A DNA stretch of 64,000 bases from Deltaproteobacteria bacterium (lineage in GTDB: Bacteria; Desulfobacterota; DSM-4660; Desulfatiglandales; Desulfatiglandaceae), in contig JAFDIS010000003.1 of assembly GCA_019307945.1 (NCBI GenBank), positions 19,357 through 83,356 of the forward strand, written 5' to 3'. Under the pieces are notes generated by a model that saw only the letters and a list, made by a program, of their open reading frames with translations, was not told the origin of the DNA and searched no databases. This document shows, piece after piece, positions 8,824 through 18,157 of the stretch. Positions within the stretch are counted from its first letter, which is position 1. Each line of letters begins with the position of its first letter. The position numbers and the translations under genes were made by a program.

Positions 8824-10014
8824 CTACGATTCCCCTTTTCCGATCTCTTCGTCCGTTAGATAGCAGGCGGGGTCGGGGGCCCAGACATCCCCGGTGACCG
8901 CCTCGGCCCGCACCCTGAAATTGCCTGCGCACACATCGAGCCACCTGCAGGTGGCGCAACGGCCCTTCACGTGCCGTTTCTTGTCCTTGAGCCTGGCCAT
9001 GATGGGGTGGGACAGATCGGTCCAGATCTCGCTGAAGGGCCGTTCTCTGACATTACCGAAACTCAGATGGCGCCAGAATTGGTCCGCATGAACCGCCCCG
9101 TCCCAGCTCACACACCCGATTCCGCGGCCCGAGCTGTTTCCCTCGTTCATTTTCAGCAGCTCGAGCACCTCTTCGGAACGGGGGTCACCTTCCCTGCGCA
9201 TGCGCAGATAGACATAAGGTCCGTCCGCGTGGTTGTCCACCGTCAGGACCTCCTTGGGCAGGCCCCGCTCATGGAGGTCCCGCGTTCTGTCCATGATCAG
9301 GTCCACCGCGCCACGCGTCTCCTCGTGTGACAGATCCTGTTCCACCAGGCTTGAGCCCCGTCCGGCGTACACCAGATGATAAAAACAAATCCTGGGGATG
9401 GCTCTCTCCTCCAGCAGATCGAAAATCTTGGGAATTTCTCCTGCATTCATGCGGTTGACGGTGAAACGAAGCCCCACCTTGAGGCCGGCCTCCAGGCAGT
9501 TTTCAATGCCGGCCATTGCCTGCCGGAAGGCGCCCTCTTTGCCCCGGAACCGATCATTGACCTCTTCCATACCGTCCAGGCTCACACCGACATAAGACAG
9601 GCCGACCTTCTTGAGCTCCGCGGCCTTCTCCCTGGTGATCAGGGTGCCGTTTGTGGAAATGACCGCCCGCATACCCTTTTCAACCGCGTGCCTCGCCAGG
9701 TCCGTCAGGTCGGGGCGAACCAGGGGCTCACCCCCCGAGAACAGGATCACGGGCGACCCGAAAGCCGCCAGGTCGTCAATGAGTGCCAGGCCTTCTTCGT
9801 GGCTGAGTTCTTCCTGCCGAACCCGCTCCACGGCCTTGGCGTAACAATGGACACACTTGAGGTTGCAGGCCCTGGTGACGTTCCAGACCACCACGGGTTT
9901 CTTATCCCGGGAAAACTGAAGCAGGTGTGACGGGAGGCGGCTCGAGTGCCTGCCGTAGCGCAGGGCGTCGGAGGGCTCCACGGTGCCGCAGTACAGTTTG
10001 GATATGCCGATCAT
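8824..10014 (-). CDS. ahbC: Radical SAM/SPASM enzyme, probably Fe-coproporphyrin III synthase AhbC (NirJ1-like)
   Basis: N-terminus [18 protein letters not shown]...[29 protein letters not shown]. The C-terminus carries the SPASM cysteines ([19 protein letters not shown]). Confidence 0.7.
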   Translation of the reverse strand: MIGISKLYCGTVEPSDALRYGRHSSRLPSHLLQFSRDKKPVVVWNVTRACNLKCVHCYAKAVERVRQEELSHEEGLALIDDLAAFGSPVILFSGGEPLVRPDLTDLARHAVEKGMRAVISTNGTLITREKAAELKKVGLSYVGVSLDGMEEVNDRFRGKEGAFRQAMAGIENCLEAGLKVGLRFTVNRMNAGEIPKIFDLLEERAIPRICFYHLVYAGRGSSLVEQDLSHEETRGAVDLIMDRTRDLHERGLPKEVLTVDNHADGPYVYLRMRREGDPRSEEVLELLKMNEGNSSGRGIGCVSWDGAVHADQFWRHLSFGNVRERPFSEIWTDLSHPIMARLKDKKRHVKGRCATCRWLDVCAGNFRVRAEAVTGDVWAPDPACYLTDEEIGKGES

Positions 10015-10103
10015 CGGTCCGGTGATTCATCCTTTCTAAAGAGATCGCTTCGAACGCATCAACACACGAGGAAGGGACGGGCACTCGGGGTCTCCGTTCC
10101 TTT

Positions 10104-11915
10104 TCAGGCGGAGCCGTCCTCGCCGGCCCCCTTTTCCCGATAGTGTCTTTTCAGGAGGTCGTTGATGTACTTCTCCATGTCCGTGACGGCCTCGTGGTTG
10201 ATGACGAATTTCTCGATACCGGACCGATCCCGAAGGAGTTTCAGCCCATATTCGAGACGCGTGGCAAGGTCCAGGGCCAGGTCGCCGGCCGATTCGCCGG
10301 TGCGAATGGCCTTCTGGATGATTTCGTCCACCGCGCTGTCGTCGAAAGAGACGTCCACTTCCAGTTGCTCCGGCAGTGAGGCTTCACGGCTGCGGATCTC
10401 CCCGTACATTTCCCGAAATTCTTCAAAGGCCGTGTTCACATCGCATATGTCTTCGAGATACAACTTCGCAATCAGGGCAACCCGACGGTCGTAAAGCTCC
10501 AGCCCGTATTTCTTCTTGAACTCATCGGCCCGTGCCCCGATGTACTCCTCGATGTTGCGCCGCTCATCCTCGGCCGCCTTCTCAAAACGGACCGTCCGCT
10601 CGGGTTCTTCGGGGTTCTCGAGCAGTTCCTTCAGACGTCCCTCCGGGTCCTCCACGATTTCGGGCGTCACCACCAGGGTCCGCACCTGGGTGGAAGGGAG
10701 GGTCTTTTCAAAGGGGATCAGGACCCTCTCGATGGCGCTCACCAGGCCACGGGCGCCGGTCTTTTCGGCAGCGGCCATTTCCGCGATCCTGCTCAAGGCT
10801 TCTTCTTCAAACTTGATGTCGATCCCATAGGCCTTGAAATCGTAACGTTTGCTCAGGATGATGGGGTTGTTTGGGTTCTTGAGGATCTCAACCAGGTCCT
10901 CCCGGGTCAACTCGTCGAAGACCACAACCACCGGGAGCCTGCCCACGAACTCCGACTCGAAACCGAACTCGATCAGGTCCTGGGCCTTGACTTCTTTCAG
11001 GATATCCCAGGGAACCTCCGCCGATCGCACGTCAGCCTCGAACCCGATGCCCTGCTTTTGAAGTCGCTTCTTGATGATTTCGGCAAGATCCCCGAAGGCC
11101 CCGCTCATGATGAAGAGGATGTTCTTGGTGTTGACGACCTTTTTTTCCTTTTTGCCGGTCTTGCGGTAATGCTCGATGGCCTGGATCTGGGAGATCGGAT
11201 CGTGGGGCACTTTCAGGTCCACATCAGTCTCTTCCATGGGCTTGAGAAGGGCGCGCTGCACCCCGGTCCGGGAGACGTCGTGCCCGATGATATTGCGGGC
11301 CGAGGCGATCTTGTCGATCTCGTCGATATAAATGATCCCGTTTTCCGCCAGTTTGATATCTTCCCCCGCCTCGTACACCAGGTCCCGGACCAGGTCTTCC
11401 ACGTCCCCGCCCACGTATCCGGTCTCGCTGAACTTCGTGGCATCACCCTTGACAAAGGGAACCCCCAGCTTCTGGGCGATCAGCTTGATGATGTAAGTCT
11501 TGCCCACGCCAGTGGGGCCGATCATGAGCACGTTGTTCTTGATCATGCCCACGCCGCTGCTCTTCTTGTCACGCATATTGCGCCGGATATGCCGTACCCG
11601 GTTGAAGTGAGTGCATACCTTGGTGGCCAGTACCGCCTTTGCCTGCTTCTGCTTGACCACGAAAAGATCCAGATAGCTCTCCAGTTCCTCCGGAAGCATG
11701 TCAAAGGCGGGCAAATCGTCCTCTTCACGGGACCCCGCCGTTTCTCCCCCGGTACCCTCAGGCTCCGTCCTGGGAAAGACAAAGGGCGAGATCACCTTGA
11801 CCCGGTTTCCATATTTCTTGGACAGGTATTCGCTCAATTCCTTCTCCAGCTCCTTCTGGTTGGGAATCTTGCCTTTCTGGCCATTGTTTCCGATTCGGTC
11901 CATCTTCTCATCCAT
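10104..11915 (-). CDS. ClpX-family AAA+ unfoldase paralogue without the N-terminal zinc-binding domain and with a C-terminal extension of about 180 aa
   Basis: 603 aa, collinear with ClpX. It has Walker A (GPTGVGKT), the pore loop (TGYVGGDVE), Walker B (IIYIDEIDK), a GIGF (IGF-type ClpP-docking) loop and TGARGL. The first 100 aa contain no Cys cluster. Confidence 0.8.
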   Translation of the reverse strand: MDEKMDRIGNNGQKGKIPNQKELEKELSEYLSKKYGNRVKVISPFVFPRTEPEGTGGETAGSREEDDLPAFDMLPEELESYLDLFVVKQKQAKAVLATKVCTHFNRVRHIRRNMRDKKSSGVGMIKNNVLMIGPTGVGKTYIIKLIAQKLGVPFVKGDATKFSETGYVGGDVEDLVRDLVYEAGEDIKLAENGIIYIDEIDKIASARNIIGHDVSRTGVQRALLKPMEETDVDLKVPHDPISQIQAIEHYRKTGKKEKKVVNTKNILFIMSGAFGDLAEIIKKRLQKQGIGFEADVRSAEVPWDILKEVKAQDLIEFGFESEFVGRLPVVVVFDELTREDLVEILKNPNNPIILSKRYDFKAYGIDIKFEEEALSRIAEMAAAEKTGARGLVSAIERVLIPFEKTLPSTQVRTLVVTPEIVEDPEGRLKELLENPEEPERTVRFEKAAEDERRNIEEYIGARADEFKKKYGLELYDRRVALIAKLYLEDICDVNTAFEEFREMYGEIRSREASLPEQLEVDVSFDDSAVDEIIQKAIRTGESAGDLALDLATRLEYGLKLLRDRSGIEKFVINHEAVTDMEKYINDLLKRHYREKGAGEDGSA

Positions 11916-12422
11916 GGTGCGCCACCCATGATCACAGACATTTTCACCGCCTCAAGGGGGAAAGCGACAGAGGTAAGACCTCCCGCTCCCGCCTGATTCG
12001 GTCCTTATTAGTTGTAGATCCAATATACGCATCGCCTCCGGGGATTGCAACCCTCCCTGTGTGAGAGCAGGTTTCTGTTGACTGGCGCGGGGGGTTTGAA
12101 TTAGAGTCTGTTTTGTATAGCGGCCCGGCGACGGCGTGTTCGAGGAGATAGGGGGCGGGCCCTCACAAGGACCTGCATCAATACCCGTCGAAGAAGTCCA
12201 AAGCCCCAAAGTCAGACCCCGGGTCCATGTGGGTGAAGGAGTGAGCCCCGGCCCCCGGGGGACCCACCGCGCCGGAAAGGGCCGTACGGTATCCCCGGGG
12301 CACCGGGGTACCACCCCAAGACCCGCGACTTGCATACCCAATGCGCGATCCGCCCGGCGGAAATCGGCCGGCTCTCACCCGTGGTCCTCTGATGGCGACC
12401 CCTGAGGAATGAGGAAAAACCC

Positions 12423-15416
12423 ATGCTCGCACGGCTGGAGATCAGGCTCAAGAAGGAACTTTTCGACGCGGAAGGGGCCGGAATCCGGAAAAAGGCCCGT
12501 GAATACTTCGGTTTCGAGGTGGAGGACATCCGCGTCATCAGGGTCCTGACCATGGAGGTGACCCTGGATCCATCCCGGTTGGAGCAGGTCAGAACGGAAC
12601 TTTTCACCAACCCGGTGACGGAAGAATCCTCTTACTCCCCCATGGCCCGTGACTTCGACTGGCTGACCTGGATCGGTTTCCGGCCGGGGGTCCGTGATAC
12701 GGCGGGAAGCACGGCCGTGGAGGCCATCGAGGACCTCCTCGGCATCCGTTTCGGACCCGAGGAGGCGATCTACACATCCAAACTCTATGAGATCCGGGGG
12801 AATCTGGACGCCCGGCAGGTGGAAACAATCGCCGGCGAGCTCCTGGCCAACGAAATCATTCAACAGTGGAAGGTCTACGGCCGGGATTCGTGGGACCCTG
12901 AAAACGGCATCGGCTTCCCCGTGCCCAAAGTCATCCTTGACCACAGCCCGCGGGTCACCCCCATCGCCATCGGCAGCGACCAGGAACTCCGCAGGATCTC
13001 ACGGGAACGGAGCCTGGCCCTTCACGACTCGGATGTACCCGTAATTCGGGAGTATTTTCTCAGGGAAGACGTACTGGAAGAAAGAAAGGCCGTGGGTCTC
13101 AGCCTGCCCACGGACGTGGAACTGGAATACATCTCCCAGGCACGAAGCGACCACTGCAACCACAACACCTTCCGCGGGCTGTTCCGCTACAGGGACGTGG
13201 CCACTGGATACGAGGAAACCATCGACTCCCTGTTCAGGACCTGCATCGAGCAACCCACGCTCCAGGTCAAGGAGAAAAAGGATTGGGTGGTCTCGGTCCT
13301 GTGGGACAATGCAGGGGTGGGCCGGTTCGACGACGATCACTATTACGTCATCACGGGAGAGACCCACAACAGCCCCTCCAACATGGAGGCCTACGGCGGG
13401 GCCATCACCGGAATCGTGGGCATCTACCGCGACCCCATGGGCACGGGCAAAGGGTCCAAGCTGATCTTAGGCATGTACGGCTACTGCGTGGGGCCCAGGG
13501 ATTACGGGGGTGAACTCAGGCCGCTGCTTCATCCTCGGCGGCTGCTGGACGGCGTGGTGGAAGGTGTGAGGGACGGCGGAAACAAGAGCGGAATCCCCAC
13601 CCCGTACGGCCTGCTGCTCTTCGACGAAAGCTATATCGGGAAATGCCTGGTCTATGTCACGGCGCTGGGAATCATGCCCGCCCGGATCGGGGAGGAATCG
13701 AGCCATGAAAAGACCACGAGCCCCGGCGATTTGATCATCATGTGCGGGGGCCGCGTGGGCAAAGACGGGATCCACGGCGTAACCGCCGCCTCGGAATCCT
13801 TCAGCGAACACACGCCCGCAGGTCACGTCCAGATCGGGGACCCTTACACCCAGAAGAAGATGCACGACTTCCTGCTGGAGGCCCGGGACGAGGGCCTTAT
13901 CGCCTTTATCACGGACAACGGGGGCGGAGGTCTTTCCTCCAGTATCGGGGAATCGGCACGTTTCAGCAACGGGTGCCGGGTGGACCTGGATCGCGTCCCC
14001 CTCAAGTACGAGGGGCTGGATCAGTGGGAGATCTGGGTGTCTGAATCCCAGGAGAGGATGACCGTGGCAGTCAGGCCCGAGAACCTGGACCGCTTCATGG
14101 CTCTGTCGGAAAAACACGCCGTGGAGAGCACGGTGATCGGGGAATACAACGACAGTGGATTCCTGAGGCTCGACTACCAAGGTAAGACCTGCGCATTTGT
14201 CAGGATGGACCTGCTGAAATCGGATTTTCCTCAGTGGGAATTCGACGCAGAGTGGACCCCCCCCGAATTACGGGGTCTGAGGGAGCCTGTCCTGCAGGAG
14301 CCCCGCGACCATGGCGCCCTCTTGCGCGGCCTGCTGGGCCGGCCCAATATCTGCGCCCGGAATTGGATAGCGCGCCAGTACGACCACGAGGTTCAGGGGG
14401 GAAGCGTCGTCAAACCCCTCGTAGGTAAAGGCCGGGACGTACCCAGCGACGCGGCCGTGGTGCGACCCATCCTCGAGTCCCGGCGAGGTCTTGCCGTTTC
14501 GCAGGCCCTCAACCCATGGTATTCCCGAATCGACACCTATGACATGACCGCGGCCACCATAGACGAGGCCCTGCGCAAGGTGCTGGCCGTGGGCGGAGAT
14601 CCGGCCCACGTGGCGGGCGTGGACAACTTTTGCTGGCCCACCATCCAGTATCACCCGGAACAAAACCCTGACGGCAAATACAAGGCTGCCCAGTTGGTCC
14701 GTTCCAACTGGGCCCTCAGGGACATCTGCCTGGCCTTTGAGATCCCTCTGCTTTCCGGGAAGGATAGCATGTACATCGACGGCAACCTGGCAGGACCCTA
14801 CGGAGAACGCCGGAAAGTCTCGGGCCTTCCCGCCCTCCTCTTCACGGCATGCAGCCTGGTCGACGACATCACCTTGTGCGTCACCATGGATGCCAAGACC
14901 CCCGGGGATCTGGTCTACGTGCTGGGAGACACTCGAAACGAGCTGGGCGGGGGAGAGTACTACCAGATGATGGGCGCGGTGGGTCTTCATGCCCCCAAAG
15001 TAACCGAGGAAAGCTTCCGGGTGAGATACGAGGCGCTTCACGGCGTCCTGCGGGAAGGTCTCGCCGCTTCGTGTCACGCCGTGGCCCGGGGAGGCCTGGC
15101 CGTTCACCTCGCCCTGGTGGCCATGGCGGGAGAGACCGGGATGGAGGTCGACCTGGAAGCCGTGCCCGGAGGCACATCCCTCACAACGGCCCAGACGCTT
15201 TACTCGGAGTCGTGCGGTCGATTCATCCTCACGGTACCCAGGGACAACCGAAGGGCCTTTGAAGAGGCCTTTGCGGGACAGCCTGGCGCCTTCGTGGGAG
15301 AGGTCACGGCCGGGGGGCGGTTTCGCATCACCCGGGGGGATCGAGAAACGGTGGTTTCGGAAGACGTCATGGAACTGAAGTCATGTTGGAAAAGGCCCTT
15401 CGAGGATCTAATATGA
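12423..15416 (+). CDS. purL: Phosphoribosylformylglycinamidine synthase, large PurL with an N-terminal PurS-like segment
   Basis: 997 aa with ETHNSPSNMEAYGGA, the DPMGTG region, ITDNGGGGLSS and WVSESQERM, a duplicated AIR-synthase-like fold. The stop overlaps the purQ start (ATGA). Confidence 0.92.
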   Translation: MLARLEIRLKKELFDAEGAGIRKKAREYFGFEVEDIRVIRVLTMEVTLDPSRLEQVRTELFTNPVTEESSYSPMARDFDWLTWIGFRPGVRDTAGSTAVEAIEDLLGIRFGPEEAIYTSKLYEIRGNLDARQVETIAGELLANEIIQQWKVYGRDSWDPENGIGFPVPKVILDHSPRVTPIAIGSDQELRRISRERSLALHDSDVPVIREYFLREDVLEERKAVGLSLPTDVELEYISQARSDHCNHNTFRGLFRYRDVATGYEETIDSLFRTCIEQPTLQVKEKKDWVVSVLWDNAGVGRFDDDHYYVITGETHNSPSNMEAYGGAITGIVGIYRDPMGTGKGSKLILGMYGYCVGPRDYGGELRPLLHPRRLLDGVVEGVRDGGNKSGIPTPYGLLLFDESYIGKCLVYVTALGIMPARIGEESSHEKTTSPGDLIIMCGGRVGKDGIHGVTAASESFSEHTPAGHVQIGDPYTQKKMHDFLLEARDEGLIAFITDNGGGGLSSSIGESARFSNGCRVDLDRVPLKYEGLDQWEIWVSESQERMTVAVRPENLDRFMALSEKHAVESTVIGEYNDSGFLRLDYQGKTCAFVRMDLLKSDFPQWEFDAEWTPPELRGLREPVLQEPRDHGALLRGLLGRPNICARNWIARQYDHEVQGGSVVKPLVGKGRDVPSDAAVVRPILESRRGLAVSQALNPWYSRIDTYDMTAATIDEALRKVLAVGGDPAHVAGVDNFCWPTIQYHPEQNPDGKYKAAQLVRSNWALRDICLAFEIPLLSGKDSMYIDGNLAGPYGERRKVSGLPALLFTACSLVDDITLCVTMDAKTPGDLVYVLGDTRNELGGGEYYQMMGAVGLHAPKVTEESFRVRYEALHGVLREGLAASCHAVARGGLAVHLALVAMAGETGMEVDLEAVPGGTSLTTAQTLYSESCGRFILTVPRDNRRAFEEAFAGQPGAFVGEVTAGGRFRITRGDRETVVSEDVMELKSCWKRPFEDLI

Positions 15417-16255
15417 CACACGTCAAGGCCCTTGTGTTGACGGGATACGGGTTGAACTGCGATTACGAAACGGACTACTCCCTGAAACTCGCAGGAGCCC
15501 AATCCCACCGCGTACACATCAACGAGTTGATCGGTGCTTCACGCACGGGTTCCGGCCCGGCCCTGGGGGATTTTCACATCCTCGTTTTCGGCGGCGGATT
15601 CAGTTGGGCCGACGACCACGGCGCCGGCGTGGTGATGGCCGCCAAGATTCGTCGCCACCTGGGGGAAGAAATCCAGCGTTTCATCGAAGAGGGTCGGCTG
15701 ATCATCGGCATCTGCAACGGATTTCAATGTCTCGTGAACCTGGGGCTCCTGCCCGGATTCGACCAGGAATACGACAAGAGGCGTGTCGCCCTGACATACA
15801 ACGACAAGGGCAACTTCATCGACACATGGGTGAACCTGCGTGTGGAACCAGACTCGCCCTGCGTTTTTACCAGGGGCATTGAGACCATCGAACTACCGGT
15901 GCGTCACGGTGAGGGCAAGTTTTACGCCCTTGCCCCGGACATCGCCAGACTCACGGAAAACCGCCAGATCGTCATGCGTTACGCCGACCGGGAGGGTAAT
16001 CCCGCCCGTGGGCGCTGGCCCCTGAATCCCAACGGTTCCCTCGAAGACATAGCAGGCATCTGCGATTCCACGGGGCGTGTTTTCGGGCTCATGCCTCACC
16101 CCGAGGCCTTCAACCACTGGACAAACCACCCGGACTGGACACGGCTCAAGGCTGTGCGGAATCCGGCGGGGAAGGGATTCGACCCTCACCAAAAAGGGGA
16201 TGGGATTCGCATATTTGAAAACGCCGTGAGGTATGTCACCGCGACTTTCTCCTGA
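15413..16255 (+). CDS. purQ: Phosphoribosylformylglycinamidine synthase glutaminase subunit (PurQ-like)
   Basis: Contains MTHVKALVLTGYGLNCDYE, GGFSWADD, ICNGFQ (catalytic Cys) and MPHPE. The ATG at 15413 overlaps the purL TGA. Confidence 0.85.
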   Translation: MTHVKALVLTGYGLNCDYETDYSLKLAGAQSHRVHINELIGASRTGSGPALGDFHILVFGGGFSWADDHGAGVVMAAKIRRHLGEEIQRFIEEGRLIIGICNGFQCLVNLGLLPGFDQEYDKRRVALTYNDKGNFIDTWVNLRVEPDSPCVFTRGIETIELPVRHGEGKFYALAPDIARLTENRQIVMRYADREGNPARGRWPLNPNGSLEDIAGICDSTGRVFGLMPHPEAFNHWTNHPDWTRLKAVRNPAGKGFDPHQKGDGIRIFENAVRYVTATFS

Positions 16256-16458
16256 GATCTTCGAGAAATACCCTTCGGCCGCAAACACACTCGGGCCGAA
16301 CCGTCTGGTCCACGGAAACCGTTGCCGATCTTGGGCCTTGACACGGCCGGCGAAACATAGTAATTGGAAGGATTTGACATGAAATGCCCCTCCCCGGGGA
16401 AATTCATTTGATCTTAGGCATCCTCTCTGCGGTGCACCGAATATGAGGAGACGAACAC

Positions 16459-16599
16459 ATGGCTTCCAAGAGCAAGAAAACCAGCAGGATCAGGGCGAAC
16501 AAGGCCAAGCCCAACCGCAAGAACCTCAAGGCCGACATGCGGAGGATTCAGCGTAATACGGAAATCCTCCGGGAACTGGCCGGCGACTCACCAAAATAG
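16459..16599 (+). CDS. Unannotated 46-aa highly basic small protein (hypothetical)
   Basis: Below the ORF-track size cut-off. GAGGAG lies 8 nt upstream of the ATG at 16459. Product: MASKSKKTSRIRANKAKPNRKNLKADMRRIQRNTEILRELAGDSPK. A rho-independent terminator follows about 40 nt later. Confidence 0.4.
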   Translation: MASKSKKTSRIRANKAKPNRKNLKADMRRIQRNTEILRELAGDSPK

Positions 16600-16639
16600 T
16601 CTGGTCGTCGGGTTTCGCGGCGTAACATCCAAACAGCAT

Positions 16640-16666
16640 CCCGCCGGGAGACCGGCGGGTTTTTTG
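16640..16666 (+). terminator. Rho-independent terminator
   Basis: Stem CCCGCCGG, loop GAGA, stem CCGGCGGG, followed by TTTTTT. Confidence 0.7.
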
Positions 16667-16710
16667 TGCACTGTCAGGCACAGGACCCTTTTGCGCAGAA
16701 AGGAGGAATC

Positions 16711-17958
16711 ATGAAAGAGGTCGTTATTGTATCGGCATGCCGAACGGCCGTCGGCGCCTTCGGCGGATCATTGAAAGACATGAACGCAGCGCAGATCGGA
16801 AGTATCGCCATGAAAGAGGCGGTGAGACGCGCCGGGATTGACCCGGCTCTTCTGGACGACGTGCGTTTCGGATGCTGCATGGAGCCCACGGATGCATTGA
16901 ACGTGGCGCGCGTATCCGCATTGATGGCAGGAATCCCCGACTCGGTGACCGCCGTGACCATCAATCGAGTCTGTATTTCCGGGATGGAGGCGGTCATATC
17001 AGGCATGGCCATGATCCAGGCCGGTATGGCCGATGTGATCCTGGCCGGGGGCGTGGAACACATGTCCGGGGCCCCTTATGTGGTACCCGCGGCAAGGTGG
17101 GGATGCAGGCTCCAGGATCACACTTTCGTGGATTCCATGATACATGCCCTTCATTGCGGCTCTTTCCTGATCCCCCATCCGGAGGAAGGCCCTCTGAAGG
17201 AAGGCATGCCCCTGGAACTCTTCAAAGGGAAGCCCTACATCATGGGACACACGGCCGAATTCGTGGCCCAGTTACACAACATCAGCCGAGAGGAAATGGA
17301 CGAGGTGGCCCTTCGGAGTCACAACAACGCGGAACGGGCCACCCTGGAAGGAGATTTCAGAGAAGAGATCGTTCCCATCGAGGTGCCCCGGAGAAAAAAG
17401 GATCCTCTGGTCTTCGACAAGGACGAGCATTTCAGGCCGGGGTTGACCATGGATCAACTGGCCAAGCTCCCGCCCGCTTTCGTCCCCAAGATCGGCAAGG
17501 TCACGGCCGGGAACTCTTCGGGCATCAACGACGGGGCCAGCGCCATGATCATCATGTCGGCTGAAAAGGCGAAAGAGCTGGGCATACAACCACTGGCCCG
17601 GATCACCGCAACGGGCAGGGGCGCATGCCACCCTTCGGTCATGGGTCTGAGCCCGGTACCGGCCATCCGAAACCTGCTGGACAGTTCCGGTCTAAAACTC
17701 GAGGACTTCGAACTGATCGAGATCAACGAGGCCTTTGCAGCCCAGTACCTCGGCGTGGAAAAGGAACTGGGCCTGAACCGGGAAATCACCAATATCAACG
17801 GGTCCGGGATCGGCCTGGGCCACCCCGTGGGCTCGACCGGTTCCAGGATCATCGTCACCCTGCTCTATGCGATGAAGAAGCACGGCAAGCAACTGGGGCT
17901 AGCCAGCCTGTGCGGCGGGGGCGGAGTGTCCATGGCCTGCACCATCGAGATGATCTGA
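16711..17958 (+). CDS. Acetyl-CoA C-acetyltransferase (thiolase)
   Basis: Starts MKEVVIVSACRTAVGAFGG. Contains VNRVCISGM (active-site Cys), NEAFAAQ, GHPVGSTG and CGGGG. AGGAGG precedes the ATG at 16711. Confidence 0.9.
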   Translation: MKEVVIVSACRTAVGAFGGSLKDMNAAQIGSIAMKEAVRRAGIDPALLDDVRFGCCMEPTDALNVARVSALMAGIPDSVTAVTINRVCISGMEAVISGMAMIQAGMADVILAGGVEHMSGAPYVVPAARWGCRLQDHTFVDSMIHALHCGSFLIPHPEEGPLKEGMPLELFKGKPYIMGHTAEFVAQLHNISREEMDEVALRSHNNAERATLEGDFREEIVPIEVPRRKKDPLVFDKDEHFRPGLTMDQLAKLPPAFVPKIGKVTAGNSSGINDGASAMIIMSAEKAKELGIQPLARITATGRGACHPSVMGLSPVPAIRNLLDSSGLKLEDFELIEINEAFAAQYLGVEKELGLNREITNINGSGIGLGHPVGSTGSRIIVTLLYAMKKHGKQLGLASLCGGGGVSMACTIEMI

Positions 17959-18041
17959 TCCTTCGACAGAGGGGGACCGAAGCCCTGCCCCCCATGACGC
18001 GGCAGGCATCTCCCCGGATAGGGGCCCCGGATGAAAAACAT

Positions 18042-18096
18042 GAAAACCGCACCATGTGGAAGGGACATCTTCCCCGGTGCGGTTTCTCATTTTCAA
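18042..18096. terminator. Long hairpin between convergent genes (thiolase and recO); probable bidirectional terminator
   Basis: AAACCGCACC (18044-18053) pairs with GGTGCGGTTT (18076-18085), followed by CTCATTTT. The loop contains an inner GGAAG/CTTCC pairing. Confidence 0.5.
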
Positions 18097-18157
18097 CGGG
18101 GGACATTCCCCGGGACCCCTCTTCCTCGTAATCCTCCGCCGTCCCTCCGTCGGGCCT

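Noticed and set aside
12078-12360. Calling a ZTP (pfl) riboswitch upstream of purL, based on UGACUGGCG plus a downstream CCGCCCGGCGG.
   Set aside because: Only the short core matches. The two halves are about 260 nt apart, far beyond what I recall as typical linkers. I could not build the P1/P2 helices or the pseudoknot by hand. An 8-9-mer is expected by chance about once or twice in 128 kb of two-strand sequence. This needs a covariance-model search before any call.
16338-16379. TTGACA hexamers at 16338 and 16374 as promoters for the 46-aa ORF.
   Set aside because: Neither has a credible -10 hexamer at 16-18 nt spacing (TAATTG and GGGAAA respectively), so no promoter feature was called.
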